From contig JAERMQ010000009.1 in assembly GCA_016844745.1 (NCBI GenBank), forward strand, positions 7,184-71,183: 64,000 bases of DNA, read 5' to 3'. The stretch is from Ignavibacteria bacterium. Lineage in GTDB: Bacteria > Bacteroidota > Ignavibacteria > Kapaibacteriales > UBA2268. A program made the position numbers and the translations under genes. Positions 8,038-18,878 of this stretch are shown here, one piece after another (position 1 is the stretch's first letter; every line of letters begins with the position of its first letter). Below the pieces are notes generated by a model. That model ran no database searches, had not been told where the DNA came from, and was given only the letters and a program-made list of their open reading frames with translations.

Positions 8038-11000
8038 TTATTTATTTACTACAAATTTCCTGATTATCATTTCACTTTCATTCTGCAACATAATCAAATA
8101 AATACCATTTGTTATTTTGCTAAGGTCAATTTGCTTTCTATATGTGTCTTCGGTCAGATTAATGTTTTCTTCATATATGGATTCTCCAAGCAAAGTCATT
8201 AATTTTAACTTCATTTTAGAAGGATTTATTGTATTATATTCAATATTCAGGACATTTCCAGTTGGAATCGGATATATTTTTAATTTATTCGCTGTAATTT
8301 GTGTTTCAACTACATCAGTTGTAAAATAATATGGGTCGGAAAATACCGAACAGCCGTTTAAATCCGTATATTTAACTTTGTAAAAGCCTGTTTTTTCTGA
8401 CGTATAATATTGATAAACAGCATAAGTTATTAATGAATCCTTGTAATACCATTGATTACCCGTCGAATAATTCGATGCCAAATCAGTACCGCCACGCGTT
8501 ATAATCGGTTTTTCCGGTAGTTTATTGATAATTATGCTTTGCGAAGTGGAATCTTTAAAACCACTTTGTAGTATTGTTTGAACCACTTTAATCGAACCTG
8601 TTCCTGCTAGACCCCAATTGACTATAATGGAATCTTTGGTATTCGAACCGCTAATGGAGCCTCCTGTCACCGTCCAAACATTAACAGCGCCAGACTTTTT
8701 AGTAGTTTTATAATTCTCAATATCATATTCGCAAGCCGGTGATTTACCTAATATTGTAGGCTTTAATGAATTTGTAATTGTAACGTGTTGAAAAGCAGAA
8801 TCTACACAACCTGTTGCGGTAACAATCTGCAATAAATTAATTGTACCAACTCCAACGCTTCCCCATGTTACGGTTATTGAAGAATTTGTTGTAGAACCGT
8901 TGATAATGCCTCCGACTACCGACCAATTATTGGAAATACTGATATTATTTAATGTTTCATAAGTTTTCGTGCTATTTGGTAAGATAGTGAATTCCCCGGT
9001 TATTGTGGGTGTTGGTAGTTGATTTACTGTAACGGGGATTTCGATTGAGTCCGCACATCCTGTTGATGAAATAGTTTGAATTAACTTGACATTACCTATT
9101 CCGGCATTTCCCCATTTTATTACAACAGAATTTATTGTTGATGAGCCTAAAATTGCACCATTAGTGACTCTCCATCGATTAACTGTTCCCGCTTGAGTAT
9201 CCGTCTTATATTGGGCAACACTTTTAGCACATAAAGAAGTATCTCCGGTAATTTTTGGAACTGGCAGGGGATTGATCATTACTTCAAAATTAGTGGAATC
9301 TTTGCAGCCTTCGTTACTTTTTTGAATTAGGATTACTGTCCCTGAACTGGCTGATGACCATAATATATTGACAAAAGTACCTGATGTCGAACCTTGAATT
9401 GTTCCTCCTATAACATTCCATGTACAAGAAGTAACTGTGGTTATTGTGTTAGATGTAAAAGAGGAAATACTATTCGCACAAACTTTTGTAAGTCCGGTTA
9501 TAACAGGAACAGGCAAAGGACTGATTGTAATTTGCTTAGATGTAGAATCACGGCACCCGGTTAAATTATTTGATTGAATTAAATATATTGTGCCGCTGCG
9601 GGCATTATTCCATAGAATATTTACAAAAGTTGAAGATGCACTGCCCTGTATTGTTCCCTGTATTACCGACCATAGACAGGAAACTCCTACCGATGATGTA
9701 GCGCTATATAAACTTATATTACCGGTACACACAGATGTGCTTCCCGTTATATTCGGCTTTGGTAATGGATTTATTATTATGGCTGTTTTTATTGAATCCC
9801 TGCAATTATTATAAATATTGGTTTGAGTAAGGGTAATAGTGCCGCTTGGAGAACTTCCCCAAGTAACATTAATAAAATTTGAAGAAGTGGAACCGGTGAT
9901 TGTACCGCTTGATACATACCATTGATTTAAAACATCAACAGGTGTAGAGCATGAGTAGATGTATGGATTCGTTTCGCAGACCGATGTCTGACCATTAATT
10001 GAAGGTGATGGCTTAGAAAGAATAGTAATATTACTTCCATTGTCCGAACCTGTAACAATTGGGGAGGAAGAAACAACTCGAATCCTATAACCCGAACCTA
10101 TTGGTGTATTTGTTGGTATCGCTACAGAAATAGTCCCGGAGCTGGTTCCTACAACAGAACCAATCATCACAGGACTACCGAAACTGCCGGATGAATTTGA
10201 TAATTGAACGGTGAAGGTATTGGATGAATTATATGTTCCAGTGATTGTAAATGGAATTACTAAATAATCTCCGGAACAAAAACTACTACCGCTTAAATTT
10301 CCGATATTGATGGATGATACATCCATAAGTCCTATTGTATGATTACCTCCGGACTTAATTTCAGACCATTTAGAACTATTGCCTATCCGAACAGGTGAGC
10401 TTTTACTTGTTGTTGTACCGTCGCCTAATTGTCCAATATTGTTCCAGCCAAAAGCCCACAAAGTACCATCATTTTTGATACTAAATGTACTATTAAAACC
10501 ACATGAAACATTTGCCCAATTTGTACTACTTCCGATTTGAAAAGGGGAATGTTTTTCAGTTATCGTACCATCACCTAATTGTCCATTATTATTTAATCCC
10601 CAAGACCATATAGAGCCGTCACTTTTTTTGGCAATTGAGTGGTAGCTACCGCAGGAAACCAATACCCAATTTGTATCACTACCGATTTGTATTGGGGAAT
10701 TTTTTTGTATAGTTGTTCCATCACCTAATTGACCTGAACCATTACTACCCCATGCCCATAATGTGCCATCGTTTTTAACACCAAGGGAAAAATCAAGTCC
10801 GCCGGAAACAGAGACCCAATTTGTATCGGCTTCGATTTGAACCGGGTAATTTATATCAATGGTTGTACCATCTCCTAGTTGTCCGAAACTATTTAATCCC
10901 CAAGCCCATAAAGAGCCATTACTCTTTATGGCAAGAGAATGGTCGCCACCGCAGGAAACTTTTACCCAATCAGTACTGCTTCCGATTTGCACTGGATTGG

Positions 11001-11445
11001 TTTTCGTTGTAGTAGTGCCATCTCCAAGCTGCCCATCGATATTTAATCCCCAAGCCCATAAAGTGCCATCGTTTTTAATTGCATGAGTATGTGCACTTCC
11101 ACATGATATTGATAGCCAATTTGTTCCGGAACCGATTTGTACCGGGGAAATCTTGTTTGTTGTGCTGCCATCACCTAACTGTCCGTAGTCATTAATTCCC
11201 CATGCCCACAACGAACCGTCACTTTTAATAGCAATGGTAAATTCTTCACCGCAAGAGGATTTAATCCAATTTGTGGCAGCGCCGATTTGCGTTGGCGAGT
11301 ATTTTACATCTGTTGTACCGTCGCCCAACTGTCCATAGTTATTAGCGCCCCATCCAAACAAAGCATAATTATTTTGCGAAAAAGCAAAGAAAGGGATTAG
11401 ACATAATATTATAAGAAATGAAAAGAAAGTTGTCAAGATTTTCAT
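8038..11445 (-). CDS. Secreted RCC1-repeat beta-propeller protein with Ig/PKD-like stalk and T9SS CTD
   Basis: Seven GxLWAWGxNxxGQLGDGT repeats; repeated PxPxITG..W.V.GG.I modules; LKIYPIPT...GIYLI...KFVVNK CTD. Confidence 0.9.
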   Translation of the reverse strand: MKILTTFFSFLIILCLIPFFAFSQNNYALFGWGANNYGQLGDGTTDVKYSPTQIGAATNWIKSSCGEEFTIAIKSDGSLWAWGINDYGQLGDGSTTNKISPVQIGSGTNWLSISCGSAHTHAIKNDGTLWAWGLNIDGQLGDGTTTTKTNPVQIGSSTDWVKVSCGGDHSLAIKSNGSLWAWGLNSFGQLGDGTTIDINYPVQIEADTNWVSVSGGLDFSLGVKNDGTLWAWGSNGSGQLGDGTTIQKNSPIQIGSDTNWVLVSCGSYHSIAKKSDGSIWSWGLNNNGQLGDGTITEKHSPFQIGSSTNWANVSCGFNSTFSIKNDGTLWAFGWNNIGQLGDGTTTSKSSPVRIGNSSKWSEIKSGGNHTIGLMDVSSINIGNLSGSSFCSGDYLVIPFTITGTYNSSNTFTVQLSNSSGSFGSPVMIGSVVGTSSGTISVAIPTNTPIGSGYRIRVVSSSPIVTGSDNGSNITILSKPSPSINGQTSVCETNPYIYSCSTPVDVLNQWYVSSGTITGSTSSNFINVTWGSSPSGTITLTQTNIYNNCRDSIKTAIIINPLPKPNITGSTSVCTGNISLYSATSSVGVSCLWSVIQGTIQGSASSTFVNILWNNARSGTIYLIQSNNLTGCRDSTSKQITISPLPVPVITGLTKVCANSISSFTSNTITTVTSCTWNVIGGTIQGSTSGTFVNILWSSASSGTVILIQKSNEGCKDSTNFEVMINPLPVPKITGDTSLCAKSVAQYKTDTQAGTVNRWRVTNGAILGSSTINSVVIKWGNAGIGNVKLIQTISSTGCADSIEIPVTVNQLPTPTITGEFTILPNSTKTYETLNNISISNNWSVVGGIINGSTTNSSITVTWGSVGVGTINLLQIVTATGCVDSAFQHVTITNSLKPTILGKSPACEYDIENYKTTKKSGAVNVWTVTGGSISGSNTKDSIIVNWGLAGTGSIKVVQTILQSGFKDSTSQSIIINKLPEKPIITRGGTDLASNYSTGNQWYYKDSLITYAVYQYYTSEKTGFYKVKYTDLNGCSVFSDPYYFTTDVVETQITANKLKIYPIPTGNVLNIEYNTINPSKMKLKLMTLLGESIYEENINLTEDTYRKQIDLSKITNGIYLIMLQNESEMIIRKFVVNK

Positions 11446-11500
11446 AAGATACTCCTGATGATATGAATTAGTATTAAGATTCCTTTATTTTAAATTAATA

Positions 11501-11600
11501 TTGTCTGAACCACTGATTAATCTGATTAAATGATTTCATTGATTATTAAATATACTTTATCTGAGTAATCCATAAATCAGTTTAATCAGTGGTTCAGACG
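11501..11600. repeat. Inverted-repeat element family E (TGTCTGAACCACTGATTAATCTGATT...AATCAGTGGTTCAGAC)
   Basis: First 45 bp identical to 12449-12493; half copies near 12265-12302 and 43601-43640. Confidence 0.85.
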
Positions 11601-11617
11601 ATTTGCTACAATTCAAA

Positions 11618-11827
11618 TTATAATGCTATTTTAGAAATGTAGTTATTAATCTTTCTTACATTTCTAATGATAATTTTTTTATCAGTATCCTTCTTTAATT
11701 GCTCAAGCAAATCTTCGAGCATAAACTCAATTCTGGTTTTCTCCCTTGCAAGTGCATAATAAGCCCTGAACTCAGGATTTTGCATCTGCTGTTCCAGATA
11801 TTCATCATGTTTAGTTTTTCTGTTCAT
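11618..11827 (-). CDS. Probable antitoxin (HigA-like N-terminus)
   Basis: HDEYLEQQMQNPEFRAYY pattern typical of antitoxins after RelE/Gp49-like toxins; overlaps the restored toxin end. Confidence 0.65.
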   Translation of the reverse strand: MNRKTKHDEYLEQQMQNPEFRAYYALAREKTRIEFMLEDLLEQLKKDTDKKIIIRNVRKINNYISKIAL

Positions 11828-12185
11828 TTCTTTTATTATTTATATAAAACTTTTTGAATTTTATTGCCTTTTCTAATTCACTTCTGGGTGTTTCTTCTGT
11901 TTTTTTAAAAATCCATTTGTAAATATAACCATTTTTTCTCTTTGAAAAAAGTATAATGACCTTGGTATTCTATTTGAATGCCGTACTCTTAATTCAAATA
12001 TACCCTCTTTCAAAAATTTTGATAATTTATTTGATAAATTAATATTATTACTTAGTCTATCTTTCAGTTCCTCTATAGCTGAGATAATTTCTGCTCGTTC
12101 CTGAAGGGTCAAAGAATCTAAAAATTCCTTAAAAGGAATCTTCCCACTCTCAAGTTGATAATAATCTATATCAAAATATTCTACA
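11813..12185 (-). pseudogene. RelE/HigB (Gp49-like) toxin with frameshift and lost start codon
   Basis: In-frame upstream YYQLESGKIPFKEFLDSL has no ATG/GTG; IFELRV..R.LYFF..IFTNGFLKK core; adding one A to the A7 run near 11900-11906 restores KKTEETPRSELEKA. Confidence 0.8.
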
Positions 12186-12448
12186 TTAACATAAAATCTA
12201 ATTTAAGGTTAATAAAAAATATACAAAACATTCAAACAAATTCAAAGTATCTTTTTCTTTCAACCATGCAATCCTTAAATTCGTTTAATCAGTGGTTCTG
12301 ATGACTTTTTAACTTCTCATCTCAAGTTGTATTTTTATCTCAAATCGCTGATTGTAAGCCACTTGTTTTAACTTCTTAAAGATATTTTAATTGAATTAAT
12401 TTTAATAGCATAAATTTAACCAAGATTTTTTAATAATCCAAATGAAAA

Positions 12449-12546
12449 TTGTCTGAACCACTGATTAATCTGATTAAATGATTTCATTGATTAGAAAAAA
12501 ACTAATCTGTGTAATCCTTTAATCCGTATAATCTGTGATTCGGACA
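12449..12546. repeat. Family E element, copy 2
   Basis: Direct repeat of 11501-11600. Confidence 0.85.
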
Positions 12547-12695
12547 CCTAATCCACTTTTGCAGAAGTGTATTTTTTTCGTAAATTGCTTAGTTATGGTA
12601 TATTAGTAAGGATAATTTTGAAAACGAGAAAAAAGAAGAAGCAAATTTAAATTTCAATAAAAAAAAATAATGATTTATATTAAATTAGGAGAATA

Positions 12696-14126
12696 ATGAA
12701 CCCAGAAAACCCTGCACAGAAAAGCGGCTTCAGAAGCCTGCCGAAAACTTATTGGATTGCAATTATTTTTGAATTTTTCGAACGAGGCTCATACTACGGT
12801 ATGATGAGCATCCTTTCGGTTTACCTTACAGACCAATTGAATTTTTCAAAGGAAGGAGTTGGTGTAATTAAAGGTACAATCCAACCACTTCTCTACTTCT
12901 TACCGATAATCAGCGGAGCCGTTGCTGATAAGCTCGGTTATAGAAAAATGCTTATGGTGGCATTTACACTGCTTTCAGGTGGATATTTCCTTACTTTCGG
13001 TTCCGATTCTTATGTTACTGTATTCCTTGCACTTGTTGTAATGGGAATTGGTGCAGGGTCATTCAAGCCTGTCATTTCAGGTACTATTGCAAAGTTGACA
13101 GATGAAAAGACGAATACCCTGGGTTTTGGAATTTTTTACTGGTCGATTAATCTGGGTGCTTTTCTTTTCCCAATGTTTTTAGTACCTTATTTAAAGTCCT
13201 TTTCCTGGAGCTATGTTATTCTTGCATCTTCTATAACAACCGGATTAATGCTGCTCCCAACGATATTCCTTTATAAGGAACCGCCGAGAGCAGAAATTAA
13301 AAAAGAGCCACTGCTCGTTATCATCAAGGATGTTTTCTCGAAAATGCTCATGGTTATTAAAGATTGGCGTTATATTTTATTTATTTTTATTTATTCCGGC
13401 TTTTGGATTCTTTATTTCCAGATGTTCGATTCGGTGCTATGGTACGTAAATTTATTCGTTGACCCATCAGCGCTCGAAAATTTTGTATTTAATACAACCG
13501 GAATTACCTGGCGTTTCGGTGTTGAGCACGTTACAGTAATTAATGCATTAACGATAATTCTGCTGCAACTTGTCGTATCCTCAATCGTAAGCAAAACAAA
13601 ACCGCTACCGACAATAATAACAGGTATTACCTTGGGTAGCATTGGTATGGGGATTTTGGCAATAAATACTAATATCTGGATTTTCATTATTGGAATAACT
13701 ATTTTTTCAATAGGTGAAATGACCGCACATCCGAAGTATTTATCATATCTTGCACTAATAGCTCCGCCTGACAAAAAGGCGACATATACAGGCTTCGGAT
13801 TTTTATATGGCTTCTTTGGTTCTTTTGTAGGGGGTTATTTGGGAGCATTTCTGTATGTTAGGTTTGTAGATAATCCTATGATTGAATTCATACGGGAAAC
13901 ATTAATTGTCAAATCATCCAATATTGTACTTGCCCATAACGTCAAAATAGGTGAAGCGCTTCAGGCTGCATATAAAATCGGGTTAACTAAAGCCGAAGTT
14001 GCTTTACATGCAAATACATCCGAACTATGGCTGATATTTAGCGGTATAGGAGTTTTGACAATAATCGGATTATTGCTATATCAAAAATTAATTGCTGCGC
14101 CCGGGATAAGGGAGAATCGGAAATAG
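12696..14126 (+). CDS. MFS transporter, POT/peptide-transporter-like
   Basis: EFFERGSYYG (ExxER) motif, GAVADKLGYRK motif A, GFGIFYWSINLGA; about 12 TM segments. Confidence 0.85.
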   Translation: MNPENPAQKSGFRSLPKTYWIAIIFEFFERGSYYGMMSILSVYLTDQLNFSKEGVGVIKGTIQPLLYFLPIISGAVADKLGYRKMLMVAFTLLSGGYFLTFGSDSYVTVFLALVVMGIGAGSFKPVISGTIAKLTDEKTNTLGFGIFYWSINLGAFLFPMFLVPYLKSFSWSYVILASSITTGLMLLPTIFLYKEPPRAEIKKEPLLVIIKDVFSKMLMVIKDWRYILFIFIYSGFWILYFQMFDSVLWYVNLFVDPSALENFVFNTTGITWRFGVEHVTVINALTIILLQLVVSSIVSKTKPLPTIITGITLGSIGMGILAINTNIWIFIIGITIFSIGEMTAHPKYLSYLALIAPPDKKATYTGFGFLYGFFGSFVGGYLGAFLYVRFVDNPMIEFIRETLIVKSSNIVLAHNVKIGEALQAAYKIGLTKAEVALHANTSELWLIFSGIGVLTIIGLLLYQKLIAAPGIRENRK

Positions 14127-14139
14127 ATGAATTAAAACG

Positions 14140-14226
14140 AACCAAGAGAAACCCCCTAACCCCCTTTAAAAAAGGGGGAAATTCTATCCCCCTTTTTTAA
14201 AGGGGGTTAGGGGGTTTCTCTTGGTT
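14140..14226. repeat. C/G-run double-hairpin element family B (GAGAAACCCCCTAACCCCCTTT..AAAGGGGGTTAGGGGGTTTCTC)
   Basis: Long inverted repeat; further copies near 26185, 27183, 29304, 36720, 42389, 48076, 60538. Confidence 0.92.
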
Positions 14227-14263
14227 AAAAGGATGTGAGTATATAACAATCAATAATTTAATA

Positions 14264-17200
14264 ATGTCGGGATTGAGAATTATTAAAATAAATATTAAAT
14301 CAAAAATAAACAAAATACTTGGTATTATCTACGAGGCATTATACTTTATTATTTTCGGTATTTTGGGTATTGCCCTGATAGCATCTGCATCGATGATGGT
14401 GCTTTCGAAAACAGAAAAATTTATGGGCTGGTCGAGGGAATTTATTCTTTCGAAAGTTAATGAAAATTTACTTGGCGAGCTGAAGTTTTCGGATTTTAAA
14501 ATCGGTATGAAGGATGGCTTCCAATTTTCGGATGTCGTTCTGACGGCAGCAGGGGATACGGTGCTTTATGCAAAGAGGATTACTCTCGATGCAGAATATT
14601 TCCCATTATTGGATAGCAAAGCAATTATTAACAAAGTATCGGCAGAAAACCTGCGATTCAAATTATTACGCTCTGCTAAGGATAGTATCTGGAATGTTGA
14701 AAAAATTGCCAAACCTAAAGATGATACGGCAAAGCCTGAAATGCCTGATTGGTTGATTAGTATCGTTAAAGGGAATATAACAAACGGCGCTGTTTTTGTT
14801 ATAGACTCAACTATTAATCCCTGGCAAAAATTTGCACCGGAACGATTATTATTAGAAAATTTCAATTTAAATTTTACATCGAAAGTTTTCTTAAAGGAAT
14901 TGAAGTTTGCAACAGAGATACGTTCCATGTCATTCTTTGAGCGACATTCGGGCATCCGGCTATTGGATGGAGCATTAGCCCTCGATTTGGACCAAAAGCA
15001 TTTTAACATAAAAAAAGTATATCTGAAGACAGATGCCAGCACTATTTCAGCAAATTTACTTGTCGATTCAATCAATATTTTCGATGAAAAAATGCCTGAA
15101 AACTTCCATAAAGCTGAAATCTCCTGCTCTGTTGACAGAAGCGAGATTAGCCCTTCTGATTTGGAAAAGTTTACCGACTTACCTGTTCAGCTTAAAGGTT
15201 TATTCAAGGTAAAGTTTGAAGCCAAGGGTAAACCGGATAATATAAAAATATTACAATTAAAACTTTCGGCATATAATTCCGAATTCAATATATCATGCTA
15301 TATTAAAAATGCCCTTCATCCGGAAAAAATTCAATATAATATTGAATGCAATAAATCAAAACTTATTAAAAAGGATTTGATTGAGATTCTTCCTCAGCTC
15401 AAAAGCGATGAACTGCCCGAATTCGGGGAATTGTTAATTAAAAAAATGTCCGTAACCGGTAGTGTGGATTCAGCTTCTTTTTCAACTAACCTCGAAAGTG
15501 AATTGGGTAAGGTTGATGGAGTTTTTAACTTTGGATTTAATGGGGACAATCCTAATTATTCCGGAAATTTTGTTATTGAAAAATTTATTCCCGAAAAAAT
15601 TATTAAAATACCTCAATTATCGGGTTTTGTCAATCTGAAAGCCGAGTTCAGGGGTTCCGGGTTCGACTATAAGAATATGAATGCGAGCATTGCACTTATT
15701 GCTTACGATTCGAAAATATCGAATGTTGACTTTAAATCAGCTAACATTAAAGCCAGGATTGAAAGCAATGCAGATATAATACTTGATTCGCTCGATATAT
15801 TATTCACAAACGAACATGAGTCTGAAAGCAATAATTCCGATGAAAAATCAAGATTATTAGCCAATGGGAGACTGTCAATAGGAGATATGAATAATCCTGT
15901 TTATAATCTCAATGCGTCTTATTCAGCACTTGATTTAAAGAAAATCTCCGGGACAAGTACTGCTCCCAACTATCTATCCGGTACTACAAAAATAAAAGGT
16001 TCCGGATTTATATTAGACAGTATCCGGCTTGATTTCTCGTCTCGCATCAATTCATGTGTGTTAGGCGACCGTTCCATGATGCCATTCGGAATTGAAGTTA
16101 AAGTCCAACGCGGTACCGGTATGACAAGGAGCCTGTTGCTAAACTCAGATTTTGTCAATGCTTCACTGGTTGGAAATTTCTCTTTCGACGGATTGATTTC
16201 ACTATTAAATTCACAAGCCAGGAATTTAACGGATTTCATTCGAAAGAGATTAAAACCGGTAAATCAGGAAACCGATGACGGAAGTGATACAACTGAGATT
16301 GCTCAATCGAATCCGGCATTAGCATTCGAAAATTGTGATGCTAATGTAAATGTTGAAATTCGGGATGTATCTGTTTTGGGCGCTTTTCTTGACAATATCA
16401 CAATTAATAATAAAACCAGGTTGTCGGCAAAAATTATTTCCGGTGCAAACGAAAGCAGACTTACAATTGATTCAATGATAGTGGATGAATTAAATATCAA
16501 AACTAAGGATTTGAAACTCATCTCTGAACCCATCAAATTAAGTGGCGGATATAAAATTATTATTAAAGATTCTATTGCTAAGCCGGAGAATATCAATTTC
16601 AATTTGCAATCCCGCGGTAAAATTTTAATTAACGATTTGTCGTTATCGGCTATCTCTACAAAATTTAATTTATCCGGTAATACCGCTAATCTGCTGATTG
16701 ATTCCAAAATCAATAATATTATCGGTGTCTATACGGATGGAATAATAGACTTTGCCCAGGACAGCGTTACTCTTTTGCTTGATTCGACTAAAGTAACTTA
16801 CAATAAGACTTATGAATGGCATTCCAAAAGAAATTCAAATAAAATAAGTTACGGAAGAAACGGGCTTGCAATTTACTCGCTTGCTTTTATGCGGAATCAT
16901 TCGGAAAGCATTGCTGTTAGCGGCAGGCTGAAAAACAACGAAGCTCAAAATTTTAATCTGTGTTTAAATAATTTCAATCTGAAAACTATACTTCCATTCA
17001 TTCCCGAAGGTCAGAAGTCATTATTTGAATCACTGAAAGGTAATATTGATTCCGTAAATATTTCCGTTAACGGTCATTTGGATTCTCCTGACATTATTAC
17101 ATCTTTTAAAGGCTCGAATATCGGTTATAACGGGGTTGATTTAGGCTCGCTCAATGCGCAGATTTTACATAATAATACCCGGATTACAGGAAATATCAAG

Positions 17201-18847
17201 TTAAGTAATACCAAACGTCCTGATTTGCTTCAGGTAGCTATTGCATCATTCCCATTAGATTTATCTGCTAAACCTCAGGGTGAACGCATTCACAAACGTT
17301 GTCCTATAGATGTACATTTGTCAACAAAGAATTTACCGCTCGAAATTGCTTCGCCATTCGCAGTCGCTGTTAAGAATTTAAAAGGAACAGCCGATGCAGA
17401 TTTATTCTTGCTTTGTTCATCGCTCGAGCAACCGGACTATCACGGGAAAATCAATTTCTATAAGACATCATTTATTTTAGAACCAACTAATCTCGCTTAT
17501 TCTGCCGAAGGAGAAGTAAATATTGTAAAGGATAAAATTCTTCTGAATAATATTAAGTTCGAGAACTCGGGCGGCTCTTCCCGTAAGGGTAAAGGAAAGG
17601 TAAGCGGCAAAATTACATTTACAGATTTAGCCCTCGATAATATTGATATTGAAGTAACTGCTGATAAGTTGCTCGTACTGAGCGATGAGAGTATTAAAAC
17701 CATGCCAACGCTCTATGGAGAATTTATTGTATCCACTGGCGAGAATCCTTTACACTTATACGGTTCGCCAACAGAACCTAATTTGGAAGGCGATATAAAT
17801 ATTATTACTGCACACCTGAACATGCCGCAGTTGGGGGGGAGTCAGCAAATCCGGACAAATATGCTCTATCGGAAAAAAGGTGAACCTCTAATTATAAAAT
17901 CCGAAAAAGGTTCAGGTGATAGTTTAACAGTATCTTCCGGTACAATAACTCAACCGAAAAATATAAAACATCAATCGCAGTCGAAGAATATCGGCGAACT
18001 TTTGAATATTGATTTGAATATTAAATTCATAGGGCAATTCTTTATTAATATTGATTTGGGAACATTATCCCAGTTTAATGCCGAAATTGCAACTAAAGAT
18101 AAAACTTCCCCTGTGCGTTTTTCCAAAGAGCGTACGAATCCTGCTGCGTATCTTACGGGTAATGAACTTGTCGTTGTTAAAGGTTCGACGATAAAAATAG
18201 GCAAAACCCTTTATCCAAGCGGCAATATCTTTTTCCCTACAGGACAAATTGACAATCCGGGTTTGAATTTAACTGCCGAATATTCCGGACAAATTCAGCA
18301 AAAAAGCTTAACAAAGAACTTTACTGTTTTGGTTTATATAACGGGAACTAAGGATAAGCCCAATCTTAAATTTTCCTATATATTGGATAATAGGGAGGTT
18401 GAAGGTGACTCAACTCAAATAACACAGGATGCATTATTTCTCCTGCTTTTCAATAAAATGAAAGCGGATTTCTTCGAAAGCGGCTCCGGTGAGAACCTGA
18501 TGAGTAATGTCGGTTCGAGTTTGCAGAGTTCCGGAATGAATGTCTTGTCATCATTTGCGTCTAAATATCTGACGGATGTTCTGGGTAATTCATATTTTAT
18601 TAAAAATGCCGAAATCAGCTTCCAGGGCACCGATGCCAAATTAAAATTAGATGGACAGCTTGTCGGTGATTTACGATGGAAGGCAAGCGGCAACATTGCG
18701 GATTTAGCTAATAATAACGAATTTTCAATCGAGGTGCCGTTGGATGTATTTCTATTCCAGGTAACGCATACGACTAATCAAACCCAGACAGCAACAATTG
18801 GCAAAAAGGATTGGGAAGTGAAGATAAAAACCGGGTTTTCATGGTGA
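14264..18847 (+). CDS. tamB: TamB-like translocation/assembly module protein (AsmA superfamily)
   Basis: 1527 aa; N-terminal TM anchor, long beta-rich body, C-terminal DUF490-like region (F..G.IDNPGLNLTA..V.ITGTKDKPNL). Confidence 0.75.
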   Translation: MSGLRIIKINIKSKINKILGIIYEALYFIIFGILGIALIASASMMVLSKTEKFMGWSREFILSKVNENLLGELKFSDFKIGMKDGFQFSDVVLTAAGDTVLYAKRITLDAEYFPLLDSKAIINKVSAENLRFKLLRSAKDSIWNVEKIAKPKDDTAKPEMPDWLISIVKGNITNGAVFVIDSTINPWQKFAPERLLLENFNLNFTSKVFLKELKFATEIRSMSFFERHSGIRLLDGALALDLDQKHFNIKKVYLKTDASTISANLLVDSINIFDEKMPENFHKAEISCSVDRSEISPSDLEKFTDLPVQLKGLFKVKFEAKGKPDNIKILQLKLSAYNSEFNISCYIKNALHPEKIQYNIECNKSKLIKKDLIEILPQLKSDELPEFGELLIKKMSVTGSVDSASFSTNLESELGKVDGVFNFGFNGDNPNYSGNFVIEKFIPEKIIKIPQLSGFVNLKAEFRGSGFDYKNMNASIALIAYDSKISNVDFKSANIKARIESNADIILDSLDILFTNEHESESNNSDEKSRLLANGRLSIGDMNNPVYNLNASYSALDLKKISGTSTAPNYLSGTTKIKGSGFILDSIRLDFSSRINSCVLGDRSMMPFGIEVKVQRGTGMTRSLLLNSDFVNASLVGNFSFDGLISLLNSQARNLTDFIRKRLKPVNQETDDGSDTTEIAQSNPALAFENCDANVNVEIRDVSVLGAFLDNITINNKTRLSAKIISGANESRLTIDSMIVDELNIKTKDLKLISEPIKLSGGYKIIIKDSIAKPENINFNLQSRGKILINDLSLSAISTKFNLSGNTANLLIDSKINNIIGVYTDGIIDFAQDSVTLLLDSTKVTYNKTYEWHSKRNSNKISYGRNGLAIYSLAFMRNHSESIAVSGRLKNNEAQNFNLCLNNFNLKTILPFIPEGQKSLFESLKGNIDSVNISVNGHLDSPDIITSFKGSNIGYNGVDLGSLNAQILHNNTRITGNIKLSNTKRPDLLQVAIASFPLDLSAKPQGERIHKRCPIDVHLSTKNLPLEIASPFAVAVKNLKGTADADLFLLCSSLEQPDYHGKINFYKTSFILEPTNLAYSAEGEVNIVKDKILLNNIKFENSGGSSRKGKGKVSGKITFTDLALDNIDIEVTADKLLVLSDESIKTMPTLYGEFIVSTGENPLHLYGSPTEPNLEGDINIITAHLNMPQLGGSQQIRTNMLYRKKGEPLIIKSEKGSGDSLTVSSGTITQPKNIKHQSQSKNIGELLNIDLNIKFIGQFFINIDLGTLSQFNAEIATKDKTSPVRFSKERTNPAAYLTGNELVVVKGSTIKIGKTLYPSGNIFFPTGQIDNPGLNLTAEYSGQIQQKSLTKNFTVLVYITGTKDKPNLKFSYILDNREVEGDSTQITQDALFLLLFNKMKADFFESGSGENLMSNVGSSLQSSGMNVLSSFASKYLTDVLGNSYFIKNAEISFQGTDAKLKLDGQLVGDLRWKASGNIADLANNNEFSIEVPLDVFLFQVTHTTNQTQTATIGKKDWEVKIKTGFSW

Positions 18848-18878
18848 GGTTAGTTGAAAGTTCTTAAAGTTTGTAAAG

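Noticed and set aside
7744..8202. Short ORFs at 7744, 7804 and 7999
   Set aside because: They span repeat DNA and the MNT remnant, or lie antisense to the RCC1 gene
17..12546. Integron cassette array
   Set aside because: No integron integrase; flanking palindromes belong to different families and I could not identify consistent attC RYYYAAC/GTTRRRY ends
14566..18696. Several antisense ORFs within tamB (and similar short ORFs inside hutU, nosZ, porU, clpX)
   Set aside because: Shadow ORFs opposite or within well-supported long genes, with no recognisable motifs
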